Part shown: one piece after another, positions 40,251 to 48,777 of the stretch
Position numbering within the stretch: the stretch's first letter is position 1
How the letters are laid out: the number at the start of each line of letters is the position of its first letter
IMG/VR virus record: IMGVR_UViG_3300012953_000042
Span: 1 to 53,279 of that record
Strand: one strand, 5' to 3'
Length of the DNA: 53,279 nt
Origin: a virus
Lineage: Duplodnaviria; Caudoviricetes
Position numbers and translations under genes: made by a program
The notes under the pieces: generated by a model
The model's database searches: none
What the model was told of the DNA's origin: nothing
Seen by the model: only the letters and a program-made list of their open reading frames with translations

Positions 40251-40691
40251 ATGTCATATAATGGAAAATATAGGCCGAGGTATCCAAAAAAGTACAGAGG
40301 AGACCCCACAAATATAGTTTATCGGTCAAATTGGGAAAAAAAATTCATGAACTATTGTGATCTTGCAGAATCTGTAAGTGAATGGCAGTCAGAAGAATTC
40401 TGGATTCCTTATCGTTCTCCTCTTGATAATAGAATGCACAGATACTTTCCTGACTTTTTAATAAAGTACAAAGATGGTTACGGGAGGAAGAGAGTAATGG
40501 TTGTAGAAATAAAACCAAAGAAAGAAACCAAGATGCCTCCACAGAACCCAAAGAAAAGAACTAAGTCATGGGCATACTCTGTAAAAACTTATGCAGTTAA
40601 TCAAGCTAAGTGGAAAGCAGCAAGAGAATATTGTAAAGATAGAAATTATGAATTCAAAATTATGACTGAAGATGATCTAGGTATCAAGTAA
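40251..40691 (+). CDS. gp4: Head completion nuclease gp4
   Basis: Start 40251 MSYNGKYRP; KYRGDPTNIVYRSNWE, WQSEE, HRYFPDF, VEIKP, VNQAKWKAA. Confidence 0.92.
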   Translation: MSYNGKYRPRYPKKYRGDPTNIVYRSNWEKKFMNYCDLAESVSEWQSEEFWIPYRSPLDNRMHRYFPDFLIKYKDGYGRKRVMVVEIKPKKETKMPPQNPKKRTKSWAYSVKTYAVNQAKWKAAREYCKDRNYEFKIMTEDDLGIK

Positions 40692-41200
40692 TGGAAAGAA
40701 AAACTTTAACAGAACTAGAAAACAATACCACCATTGGTGGAAGAATCTTTGAAAAATCTAAATCAATTGCTGATACAAATGCAGACTGGTTTGCTAATGA
40801 ATTATATACTGAACTAGATTCAATAGCAGAGCAAAGATTCCCTGAAATAGGTGAGTTGTGTTACTTCTCATACTCTGCAGCATTCGGTGATAAGTATAAA
40901 TGGTGGGATCGTAGACCACTCGCATACATAATAGAGATAAGAAATCAACACATCCTTGGTGCTAACTTACACTACTATAGTCCTGATATAAGATCATCAA
41001 TTGCTGGTTCCCTCATAAATAAAAGAGAAGCACGTTTACCTAAGAAAACATTACATAAGTATTTTATTACTAATATTGATGGTTTGTTTATTATTCCAGA
41101 GGATTCAGAAGAGTGGTCTGACATTGCTAAGTTAGTAACAGAAAAGTTTGTTAATAAATATGGTATGGTTTCACCAGAATACGTTTGGGATAGTCCTTAA
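40691..41200 (+). CDS. gp2: DNA end protector protein gp2-like
   Basis: PEIGELCYFSY...WWDRRPL...GANLHY; synteny with gp4. Confidence 0.7.
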   Translation: MERKTLTELENNTTIGGRIFEKSKSIADTNADWFANELYTELDSIAEQRFPEIGELCYFSYSAAFGDKYKWWDRRPLAYIIEIRNQHILGANLHYYSPDIRSSIAGSLINKREARLPKKTLHKYFITNIDGLFIIPEDSEEWSDIAKLVTEKFVNKYGMVSPEYVWDSP

Positions 41201-42828
41201 TGTCATCAAAAATAGTAAAAGGAAATTTTTTCGGAGAGACTAGTATAGAAGTTACTTTCGCTAGTAACCGATATGACTTGAGGTGGAATCCTAAAAATGG
41301 AGATATAGAACTAGTACAACAAGGTCCAGTTCTTGATGGAAGTCCAATAATATTATTTAAAAATGAAACATGGGATACAACACATGTTGCAAATGCTACT
41401 GCTGGTAGTGGTCCTATAGATTATATTCCTGATTCACTAGCAATTGATATAAATCGAAAAGCATTTTCATTACAAATAGCAGAGCTCATATTGAACGCAC
41501 GAGAAAAAAATGGTAGTGGAGTGATTCAACCTTGGATTCAAGAAATAAATAATGTAGAAACAGACGATGATAAAAATTTAATCTTAGATAAATTAACAGC
41601 AGGAACTTTAGAGAAAGAAATAGAAGTAGGCAATGTAGATAAAAACCTTGTAGATGTATCATCGCATACTGATTTTAAAAAGACTGACATCACTCTTAAC
41701 ACAATCAAAGAGTTAATGTTAGATGGTCCTCTCAAGTATCCAGTTGATGCCATTTATTCTAATAGAAAAACAGGATACAACCAAGACCATGTTCGTATTA
41801 CACAATACACATACCAACCACCAAGAGCACAAATGGTACAAGGTCATGGCAGGGATATACAAAAAGATGTTGATGATAAAGAAACAATAAAAAACAAAAG
41901 TGCATATGATATATTTGATAAAGGTTTCCAAAGACTATCACCATTAGAAAAATATCTAGGAATGGTACGTCTACCAATGCCAACCGATATAAGTGATTCA
42001 AATAATGTTGCATGGGGTCAAGACCAAGTAAACAATTTATCTGCAGCATTGACTTCTGCAGTTGGTGGAGATTTAGTGGGTACTGCTGGTGGTGCTCTTT
42101 TTGGTGGTACTGTTGGAGCTTTCTTTGGTAATGCGGAAGGAGGTGCTTCTCTAGGAGTAACAATGGCAGCACTAGCAAATGCAGGTATAGATGCTAAATC
42201 TCTAGCACAAGGACAAAGTGGAGCACTTGCTAGATCTACATTACAATCCAGACTTTTAGCAATGGCAGGTGTTCAGGTTTCTCCTGAAGCACTAATGGCA
42301 AGAGGACTTGGAGTAGTTCCAAACTCTAACATGGAACTTCTCTTCCAAGCACCAGCACTTAGAGAGTTTGCTTTCAGTTGGAAGATGACTCCACGAGATG
42401 AGTACGAAGCAAAAAAAGTCAGACATATAATTAGATTCTTTAAACAAGGTATGGCTGCTAGAAAGATGGGAGAAGCTGGTACTACTGCAGGAACAAAATC
42501 TTTATTCTTAGGAACCCCTAATGTATTTCATGTACAATATAAAACTAATAGGGATGAAGACATTGAAGGTGTAAATAGAATCAAGACATGTGCAGTTACT
42601 GGATGTGCAGTCAACTATACTCCAGATGGAGTATGGTCAGCATATGAAGAGGGTCAACCAGTCAGTACAGTTATGTCATTAAGAATGCAAGAACTAGAAC
42701 CTGTATATGATACAGATTATCAAGGAGACATTACTGAAGGTAGGAAGTTCAGAGACATTCCTGGATCGCCTGGTTCTAAAGCAGGTGGAGATCTCTATAA
42801 AATATCACTAGACGAGGTAGGTTACTAA
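41200..42828 (+). CDS. gp48: Baseplate tail tube cap gp48
   Basis: LPMPTDISDSNNVAWG, PNSNMELLFQAPALREFAFSWKMTPR, VNYTPDG, LRMQELEP. Confidence 0.88.
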   Translation: MSSKIVKGNFFGETSIEVTFASNRYDLRWNPKNGDIELVQQGPVLDGSPIILFKNETWDTTHVANATAGSGPIDYIPDSLAIDINRKAFSLQIAELILNAREKNGSGVIQPWIQEINNVETDDDKNLILDKLTAGTLEKEIEVGNVDKNLVDVSSHTDFKKTDITLNTIKELMLDGPLKYPVDAIYSNRKTGYNQDHVRITQYTYQPPRAQMVQGHGRDIQKDVDDKETIKNKSAYDIFDKGFQRLSPLEKYLGMVRLPMPTDISDSNNVAWGQDQVNNLSAALTSAVGGDLVGTAGGALFGGTVGAFFGNAEGGASLGVTMAALANAGIDAKSLAQGQSGALARSTLQSRLLAMAGVQVSPEALMARGLGVVPNSNMELLFQAPALREFAFSWKMTPRDEYEAKKVRHIIRFFKQGMAARKMGEAGTTAGTKSLFLGTPNVFHVQYKTNRDEDIEGVNRIKTCAVTGCAVNYTPDGVWSAYEEGQPVSTVMSLRMQELEPVYDTDYQGDITEGRKFRDIPGSPGSKAGGDLYKISLDEVGY

Positions 42829-43469
42829 TGTCATACTTCAGAGAACTACCTAACATAAATTACATTTCACTTTTAAAAGATAAAAGTAGAAATGATGAAA
42901 GAATATTAGTAAAAAATATATTCAAAAGAGCAAAGTTAAGAAGTGATATAGATCAGGCAATCACTGCTTTTGAGTACTATCAAATCTCAGAAAATATGAG
43001 ACCAGATGTTGTTGCACAAAATATCTATGGTGATCCAGAATTGGATTGGGTTATTTTAATTACAAATAATATTACTAACATACGAGATCAATGGCCTTTA
43101 AGTAACAATGATCTACATGAATACATGGTAGAAAAATGGGGTGCTACTGGTTTAACTGATGTTCACCACTATGAAACTACAGAAATGAAAGATGCAAAAG
43201 ATAGAAAAATTTTAGATGCTGGACTACAAGTTGATGGTAATTTCACATTCCAAGTAGGAGACAAAACATATAATCCAGTAGAGCAAGTTACCAATCAACA
43301 ATATGAAATGAATAGGAATGAAGAGAAGCGAAGAATAAAAATATTAAAATCTGAATTTGTATCAGTGTTTATTTCAGATCTTAGAAATGCAATGAAATAT
43401 AGTAAATCTTCTCAATATATAAACAAAAGTGTAAAGGAATCATATAATCCCAATTTAAGTGGGGTATAA
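42828..43469 (+). CDS. gp53: Baseplate wedge subunit gp53
   Basis: MSYFRELPN, RPDVVAQNIYGDPELDWVILITNNI...QWPL, VHHYET. Confidence 0.9.
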   Translation: MSYFRELPNINYISLLKDKSRNDERILVKNIFKRAKLRSDIDQAITAFEYYQISENMRPDVVAQNIYGDPELDWVILITNNITNIRDQWPLSNNDLHEYMVEKWGATGLTDVHHYETTEMKDAKDRKILDAGLQVDGNFTFQVGDKTYNPVEQVTNQQYEMNRNEEKRRIKILKSEFVSVFISDLRNAMKYSKSSQYINKSVKESYNPNLSGV

Positions 43470-43491
43470 AAAAAGACCCCCGAAGGGGTCT
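43467..43491 (-). terminator. Intrinsic terminator after gp32, at the convergent junction with gp53
   Basis: AGACCCC-TTCG-GGGGTCT followed by a T-tract. Confidence 0.9.
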
Positions 43492-43497
43492 GATTGT

Positions 43498-44406
43498 TTA
43501 GGAGTTAACTAACTTAGAGAAGTAACTCAGAGATTCATCTTCCTCATCTTCATCAGCAGAACTTACTACTGGATCAGGAATAGTTTTTGGTGCGGATGAT
43601 TCAAATGGAGTACGACCTGTATCTTCATCTTCAACTTCCTCATCAATCACGGGTCTCTTGACTGGTTGATTCAGACCAAGAACATTATCAAGACGAGTCT
43701 TAAGAGCTTCATAGGTCTTAAACTTATCTGGTGCAACAAAATCATTAAGATCATACTGTTTGTTGTAGATCTCTTCTAGTTTTGCATCATCATCAAAGAG
43801 AGCACTTGGTTTATCGAACTCAGACTTGTCATAGTTCTGATAACCTTCTACTCTACGAATCTTCAACTTGAAGTTTGCACCACTCCAGAAATCAAATGGA
43901 TTGATTGCTGTCTCATCTGCGAACTCAGGTTTCATTGCTTCCTGAATCTTGTCAAAGATCTTCTTACCAAATTTATATAAGAATACTTTACCCTCGTTCT
44001 CAGGATTTGTTGGATCACTTACAACATAGATGTTACTATAATATGATAGTCTACGCTTTTGCTTACGTGCTATTTCTTTGTTTGCATCTGAACCAGAGTT
44101 CCACAATTGTGAATTGTGCTCAGAGACAGGATCCTTCTGTCCCAATGTGGTTAGAGAGTTTTCAATAAACCAACCACCAGGCCCTTGAAATGCATGAGTG
44201 TATACTCTTGTCCAAGGAAGATCACAACCTTCGGGTTCTGGAAGGAAACGAATGATTGCATAACCATTACCAGACTTATCTACGACTGGTTTCCAAATAC
44301 GTTCATCAACGTTGCTTCCCTTGTCGTTGAGTTTCTCAACTTGTTTAATTAATTTATCAGTAAGGGAACCTGATCTAGATTGTTTTTTTAATTTTGCGAA
44401 TGACAT
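43498..44406 (-). CDS. gp32: Single-stranded DNA-binding protein gp32
   Basis: DERIWKP.VDKSGNGYAIIRFLP, HAFQGPGGWFIENSLTT, GANFKLKI, NYDKSEF, acidic tail. Confidence 0.96.
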   Translation of the reverse strand: MSFAKLKKQSRSGSLTDKLIKQVEKLNDKGSNVDERIWKPVVDKSGNGYAIIRFLPEPEGCDLPWTRVYTHAFQGPGGWFIENSLTTLGQKDPVSEHNSQLWNSGSDANKEIARKQKRRLSYYSNIYVVSDPTNPENEGKVFLYKFGKKIFDKIQEAMKPEFADETAINPFDFWSGANFKLKIRRVEGYQNYDKSEFDKPSALFDDDAKLEEIYNKQYDLNDFVAPDKFKTYEALKTRLDNVLGLNQPVKRPVIDEEVEDEDTGRTPFESSAPKTIPDPVVSSADEDEEDESLSYFSKLVNS

Positions 44407-44439
44407 GCGGATTAATTAGGATAATTCGGATATGTGAGT

Positions 44440-44468
44440 ATTATACTATAGTAGAGGTTAGTTGTCAA
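44440..44468 (-). promoter_or_regulatory. Perfect sigma70 consensus promoter for gp32
   Basis: TTGACA (44463-44468), 17 nt, TATAAT (44440-44445). Confidence 0.9.
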
Positions 44469-44793
44469 TACTTTCTTCCAGTTCCTTGATTGTTTTATCA
44501 AGTTTATGAAAGAAGGATTCCATGCTATTGATCTCATCATGTACTCCAAACAATTTACTAGCATCTATCAACCTATCTTTCATTTCCAGAGCATCCTTAT
44601 CATCAGATAAAGAGATACGAAAGAAGAAAAGTTTTTGTTTCTCTAGGAAAGTTTTTAATACACTTAAATGGGTTTTCTTTTGATCTATATCCATCAAAGG
44701 AAGATATGGCATCTCCGTAACAAGTTGCTGCTGAAGTGCAGCAAGTTCTACTATAGTACTTTGAACCTGATCAGATTTAAAAAAATCGCTCAT
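44458..44793 (-). CDS. DUF1825-family protein
   Basis: MSDFFKSDQVQ...EKQKLFFFRISLSDDKDA; usual gp59-gp32 neighbour in cyanophages. Confidence 0.75.
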   Translation of the reverse strand: MSDFFKSDQVQSTIVELAALQQQLVTEMPYLPLMDIDQKKTHLSVLKTFLEKQKLFFFRISLSDDKDALEMKDRLIDASKLFGVHDEINSMESFFHKLDKTIKELEESIDN

Positions 44794-45392
44794 TGATGAT
44801 ACCTCTCTTTAACACGTTGAACTAAGTAATTTTTATATTCAGTTACATTAATATTTATGAATGCACTATACTTTTTAATTTTGAGACTTACGGTTTCCCA
44901 CACAGGATCAAGAAGTTGTTTATCATAATTTTTAACGTATGAGAATATTTTATCATATATTACCAATTCTTCAATACTAAGTTTACCACCCAAGTGTTCT
45001 TTTAGTATAGGTGGATGTCCTTTCTTACAATCAAAGAACTCATCGTAATCATAACTATCCATCATATCTTCAGAGTTACTTTTAAAACTCTCAAATAAAT
45101 TCTCTTTATGTTCTACCCATTGGTTATATACTTTCTCTCCACCTTCAATAATAGGGCCAATCCATACCTGACTAGCATCAGAAGCTTGACTGAAGTTTGC
45201 AAGAAAGAATTGTTTAATCTCATCGTCATTCTTTTTCCGTGACATTCTCTCAAAGAAATAACGATCCTTTCTTTTATTGAAAGCACCTTCCGATGCTCGT
45301 GATCTACCACCATACTTGAAGTAATCATACTTCTCTTTGGTGAAATGATTTTTAAATGCTAAGTAACTTTGATATACCTCAAGAGGCTTCAT
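44790..45392 (-). CDS. gp59: Helicase loader gp59
   Basis: YLAFKNHFTKEKYDYFKYGG...FNKRKDRYFFERMSRK. Confidence 0.85.
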   Translation of the reverse strand: MKPLEVYQSYLAFKNHFTKEKYDYFKYGGRSRASEGAFNKRKDRYFFERMSRKKNDDEIKQFFLANFSQASDASQVWIGPIIEGGEKVYNQWVEHKENLFESFKSNSEDMMDSYDYDEFFDCKKGHPPILKEHLGGKLSIEELVIYDKIFSYVKNYDKQLLDPVWETVSLKIKKYSAFININVTEYKNYLVQRVKERYHQ

Positions 45393-45649
45393 AAAGGTAA
45401 TTTTGCTCTGGATGTTTTCTTCATGAAGTTAAGTTGTTGTGCATCATACTTTAACTTTTCTTTTAATGGTTTTGACATTAACTTAGAGACTGCTTCGATC
45501 TCTATTTTATTTTCTTCACAGAATGTTATAATAGCATCAATATAGTTAAAGTTATAAGTCTTAACTAACTGTTCTATTTCCTCTGCAAACTTTGATTGAC
45601 ATAGAAACTTTTCTTTCATTAAGTTATCTACTTTATTCTTGGGTTCCAT
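45389..45649 (-). CDS. gp33: Late transcription coactivator gp33
   Basis: Start 45649 with AGGAG RBS; FAEEIEQLV..NYIDAI..FCEEN.IE...LKEKLKYDA..LNFM. Confidence 0.9.
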   Translation of the reverse strand: MEPKNKVDNLMKEKFLCQSKFAEEIEQLVKTYNFNYIDAIITFCEENKIEIEAVSKLMSKPLKEKLKYDAQQLNFMKKTSRAKLPL

Positions 45650-46319
45650 GTTCTCCTGTTTTGTAATCAACGAATTTTTTAATGTATTTGGTAAGAAGTC
45701 TAATATACTCACCTTTGTTTCGTTTCTCATAGACAACGCACTCTCCATTTTCAGCCACCATAATAGTAATCAATTTTTTAACTGGAATGCCAGTCATTTC
45801 AAAATACATACATGCGTATGCAGTTTCTTGGACAAAGTAATTCTCTATCCATTTTTCGGGTTTAATTTTTGTTGAAGTCTTAAAGTCTATGACTGCAAGT
45901 TCTCCATCGTATTCTGCTATACAGTCAACTCTACCAGCAAGACCAAGATAATCGCTATATAGTGACTTCTCTAATGCGTGTATATTATTTATACGGTCAA
46001 GGTTAACCTTTGATTGTAAAAATAAAAACTTTGTAGATGGTAGCATATCGCATCCATCAATAGTGCCATTCTTAATATAATATTCTACCACATCATGATA
46101 CTTTGTGCCACGAAAGGTAGACTCTCTAGTAATCTTGTTTGCTTTTTCTTCTCCAACCTTCTTTCTCCAGTTAACAAAAATGTGACGATTGTAAAAACTA
46201 GTGACTGAAGTAATTGAAGGATACTTCTTACCAGATGGAACCGTATAGTATCGAGTTCCATCTATAGTTTGTGCTTCAAGATCAACTTCTTCTTTTAAAT
46301 AATCAAGGTGTGTAAACAT
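45633..46319 (-). CDS. PD-(D/E)XK exonuclease
   Basis: YPSITSV, RGTKYH, LAGRVDCIAEYDGELAVIDFKTS, Q..AYA. Confidence 0.88.
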   Translation of the reverse strand: MFTHLDYLKEEVDLEAQTIDGTRYYTVPSGKKYPSITSVTSFYNRHIFVNWRKKVGEEKANKITRESTFRGTKYHDVVEYYIKNGTIDGCDMLPSTKFLFLQSKVNLDRINNIHALEKSLYSDYLGLAGRVDCIAEYDGELAVIDFKTSTKIKPEKWIENYFVQETAYACMYFEMTGIPVKKLITIMVAENGECVVYEKRNKGEYIRLLTKYIKKFVDYKTGEHGTQE

Positions 46320-47083
46320 TACATATTAAGAGACAATTTAGCAAAGAGATACTTACGAACAAGTCCCGAACGAACTATATCCTCAAGACCGAATTCAATA
46401 GAAGCAAAGTCATCTTCCATTGTACGAATGATTTCCATAAAATCAAGAATACCATTACGTTCATTGGTTTTTGTAAGGTCAGACTGTGATGCATCACCAC
46501 AGAATATGATCTTACTATTTTCACCAACTCTTGTTATTATACTATCAAGTTCATGAAAATTCAAGTTTTGCATTTCATCAACAAGAATGATAGCATTATC
46601 TAATGTAGTACCACGAATGAATGATGTACTCCAAAACTTAATTGTGTCTTGAGTTTTCAATGCACCATAAAGTAACTCAAACTCAGTGTCATCTGACATT
46701 TCAAACATATACTTTACCATATGTTTGTATGGTATTTGATATAAGAATGACTTATCCTCATGGTCACCAGGTAGGAACCCAATCTCTCTAGTAGAAACTA
46801 AAGAGCGAACAATATACACATTCTCATAAGGACTCATCTGATCTAGAACTTCCTTAAGAGCAAGATACAATGCTATAAAAGTCTTACCAGTACCAGCAGC
46901 ACCATAAGCAAAAATATTCTTACCCTTTTTATACTCTTCAAAAACTTTTTCCTGACTCTTAGTTAATGGTTTAATATCAACCATCACATCAGAGTTTACT
47001 GGTTTTTTTCTTTTGAGTTGTTTATTACTCATACTACCAATCCCACTTTGGGAACCGTTTCCATTTCTTTTTTTAGCTGGCAT
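46319..47083 (-). CDS. phoH: PhoH-family protein
   Basis: GAAGTGKT Walker A, IGFLPG, FIRGTTL, VDEMQN, GDASQSDL, DIVRSGLV. Confidence 0.95.
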   Translation of the reverse strand: MPAKKRNGNGSQSGIGSMSNKQLKRKKPVNSDVMVDIKPLTKSQEKVFEEYKKGKNIFAYGAAGTGKTFIALYLALKEVLDQMSPYENVYIVRSLVSTREIGFLPGDHEDKSFLYQIPYKHMVKYMFEMSDDTEFELLYGALKTQDTIKFWSTSFIRGTTLDNAIILVDEMQNLNFHELDSIITRVGENSKIIFCGDASQSDLTKTNERNGILDFMEIIRTMEDDFASIEFGLEDIVRSGLVRKYLFAKLSLNM

Positions 47084-47334
47084 TAGAAACTATAATCACG
47101 ATTTTTACGAACATTAGCACCAGGTTGTTTTGATGCTCTATCTAGAACTTCATTCCAACCAGAAGATGCTGCCTCTCCTGTCCATCTGAACATTTCTTGA
47201 GTTGCTGCAACACCTGCTTGCCAGTCTTTATCCCAATCGGGATTCTCCTTTCTCCATGTATCATAGTCTTTCATAGACATAGAGAGTTCTTTCTTCTCCT
47301 TCGTCTCTTTATGTATTACTGGATATGTTGGCAT
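47083..47334 (-). CDS. Conserved hypothetical protein
   Basis: 83 aa MPTYPV...GWNEVL...PGANV; late promoter CTAAATA at 47356-47362. Confidence 0.75.
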   Translation of the reverse strand: MPTYPVIHKETKEKKELSMSMKDYDTWRKENPDWDKDWQAGVAATQEMFRWTGEAASSGWNEVLDRASKQPGANVRKNRDYSF

Positions 47335-47358
47335 AATTGTTAATCAGTGTAAAATTAT

Positions 47359-47991
47359 TTAGACCCATTCAAGGGCTTCAGATACTGCAGGGAACTGTTC
47401 GGTAAACACCTTCCTACACGCTTCTGCAATGTCCATATGCTCTTTCTGTGTTCCGTGTGCTGATCTTAGATTGATATAATGTATCCATGATCGACAAGAA
47501 CCAGTCATATAGATCTTTGTAGGAGTGCATAATGGTAGTACCATTCTAGCACACTCTTTAGCAACACCTAACTCTAACATTTGATTATACAATGAAAGAG
47601 ATGAACCAAACAAGGTTCCCATTTGCATGTTTAATGTTTCTATTATCTTAGGATCTAAATCATCAGTAGAGTTTTGACGATTCTTACTATCTTGTCTACG
47701 AAGTTTTGGTAATTTAATACTACCTAATTTAGTACTATCAGCATAACGCTGAGAAAACTCTTGAAATGTAAAACTTCTATGACGTAAAATTTGTGCAGCA
47801 ATAGCACGAGTAGTTTCTATCTCAAGAGTCAAACTAGATTGTTCAAATACTGACCAGTGATTATGTTTGATACAGTATTTCAATAGTCCAGAAAACTTTT
47901 CATTGTCCTGATTAGATGGATTAGATACTCTGGCAATATAAGCCATCGTCTTCTCCGCATCAGGAGTTATACTAACAAGTTTTACATTCAT
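47359..47991 (-). CDS. thyX: Flavin-dependent thymidylate synthase
   Basis: HWSVFEQ, RHRSFTFQEFSQRY (RHRX7S motif), ECARMVLP, TQKEH. Confidence 0.96.
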   Translation of the reverse strand: MNVKLVSITPDAEKTMAYIARVSNPSNQDNEKFSGLLKYCIKHNHWSVFEQSSLTLEIETTRAIAAQILRHRSFTFQEFSQRYADSTKLGSIKLPKLRRQDSKNRQNSTDDLDPKIIETLNMQMGTLFGSSLSLYNQMLELGVAKECARMVLPLCTPTKIYMTGSCRSWIHYINLRSAHGTQKEHMDIAEACRKVFTEQFPAVSEALEWV

Positions 47992-48152
47992 TCGTCATCC
48001 TCAAAAACTTCATCGTAGTTTGCAGATGCTCCTACATGCTGCTCGTGATTAGATTGTTTATATGCATCGACATCTGAATAAATTTCAGATTCCAATTCAG
48101 AAACAACTTCTTTTAAAGCCATGACTAAGACTTTTAGTTTGCCCTTATTCAT
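47988..48152 (-). CDS. Conserved hypothetical protein
   Basis: Likely start 48152 MNKGKLKVLV...LESEIYSDVDAY. Confidence 0.7.
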   Translation of the reverse strand: MNKGKLKVLVMALKEVVSELESEIYSDVDAYKQSNHEQHVGASANYDEVFEDDE

Positions 48153-48171
48153 AGGAATTTTCATTTTATTT

Positions 48172-48200
48172 ATTATAACATAAAAAAAGAAGGGTATCAA
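48172..48200 (-). promoter_or_regulatory. Sigma70-type promoter with an overlapping late core
   Basis: TTGATA-17 nt-TATAAT; ATAAATA at 48167-48173. Confidence 0.7.
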
Positions 48201-48208
48201 CCCTTCTT
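48182..48208 (-). terminator. Intrinsic terminator of the riboswitch operon
   Basis: AAGAAGGG-TTGATA-CCCTTCTT followed by TTTTT. Confidence 0.8.
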
Positions 48209-48286
48209 ATACAGAAACTGAATTTCAGCATTTATGATTGTGAGAAAGATAGCAGATGCTACCAAAATCTCAAAAGTTACAATCAT
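48197..48286 (-). CDS. 29-aa single-helix membrane microprotein
   Basis: MIVTFEILVASAIFLTIINAEIQFLYKKG; ATGA overlap with the upstream DUF4278 stop. Confidence 0.65.
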   Translation of the reverse strand: MIVTFEILVASAIFLTIINAEIQFLYKKG

Positions 48287-48408
48287 TTAACAGTTGTAAG
48301 TTCTTTCTTTTGACTTACACCACGGTAAGTTAGATCGACCTTGTTAGTCTGCTGAGTTTTGTTTCTGTTGGTGTCGTATACAACACCTCTGTATGTGACT
48401 TGTGCCAT
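48283..48408 (-). CDS. DUF4278 / GifB(IF17)-like small protein
   Basis: MAQVTYRGVVYD...LTYRGV (two YRGV motifs), 41 aa, AGGAG RBS, downstream of glutamine-riboswitch motifs. Confidence 0.85.
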   Translation of the reverse strand: MAQVTYRGVVYDTNRNKTQQTNKVDLTYRGVSQKKELTTVK

Positions 48409-48470
48409 TTGGTTTGCTCCTAAAGTAGTTGGAATTTGCACCTTTACCTCTTGCGAGGGATCCGTGATTC

Positions 48471-48665
48471 CGTTCCTTCAGTCAACTTGTGCGTCCCCAA
48501 AACATACTGGATCAGTATGTGCTATCACCACCCTTGCTATTTCCAATCTCTCAGATTTATCAGGATTATTACTTGCAGAATCTAATAGTTCAGCAGAGGT
48601 CGCACAGTCAAGTGGTGCTCCGATTACTATTAGACTAAGAAGAATTTGGTACATGAGGATGAACG
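48471..48665 (-). ncRNA. Glutamine riboswitch (glnA-type) aptamer 2, with an ORF in the P2 loop
   Basis: 5' CGTTCA-TCCTCA ... TGGGGA-CGCACAAGTTGACTGAAGGAACG 3'; P1 CGTTC/GAACG and P2 TCCTCA/TGGGGA. Confidence 0.75.
48478..48654 (-). CDS. 58-aa two-Cys protein with a hydrophobic N-terminus, embedded in the riboswitch aptamer
   Basis: MYQILLSLIVIGAPLDCATSAELLDSASNNPDKSERLEIARVVIAHTDPVCFGDAQVD*. Confidence 0.7.
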   Translation of the reverse strand: MYQILLSLIVIGAPLDCATSAELLDSASNNPDKSERLEIARVVIAHTDPVCFGDAQVD

Positions 48666-48669
48666 AACC

Positions 48670-48715
48670 CGTTCCGAGTCGGCTTACTTGCGGTCTGAGT
48701 GTATCAGACTGAACG
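48670..48715 (-). ncRNA. Glutamine riboswitch (glnA-type) aptamer 1
   Basis: CGTTCA-GTCTGA-tacac-TCAGAC-CGCAAGTAAGCCGACTCGGAACG. Confidence 0.8.
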
Positions 48716-48722
48716 TATTGTT

Positions 48723-48751
48723 ATGATAACATAACACAATTATTTAGTCAA
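48723..48751 (-). promoter_or_regulatory. Sigma70-type promoter with an overlapping late core
   Basis: TTGACT-17 nt-TATCAT with extended TG; predicted TSS right at aptamer 1; CTAAATA at 48741-48747. Confidence 0.75.
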
Positions 48752-48758
48752 GCAGTTG

Positions 48759-48774
48759 TGTAACTTACGATACA
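48759..48774. promoter_or_regulatory. NtcA binding site
   Basis: TGTA-N8-TACA (TGTAACTTACGATACA), full consensus, intergenic. Confidence 0.8.
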
Positions 48775-48777
48775 ATT

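Noticed and set aside
45633-46319. Exonuclease as CRISPR Cas4
   Set aside because: No Fe-S cysteine set and no cas genes or array; it sits in its usual phoH-gp33 position
48359-48712. 117-aa plus-strand ORF over the riboswitch
   Set aside because: Promoter, aptamers, RBS and terminator all read on the minus strand
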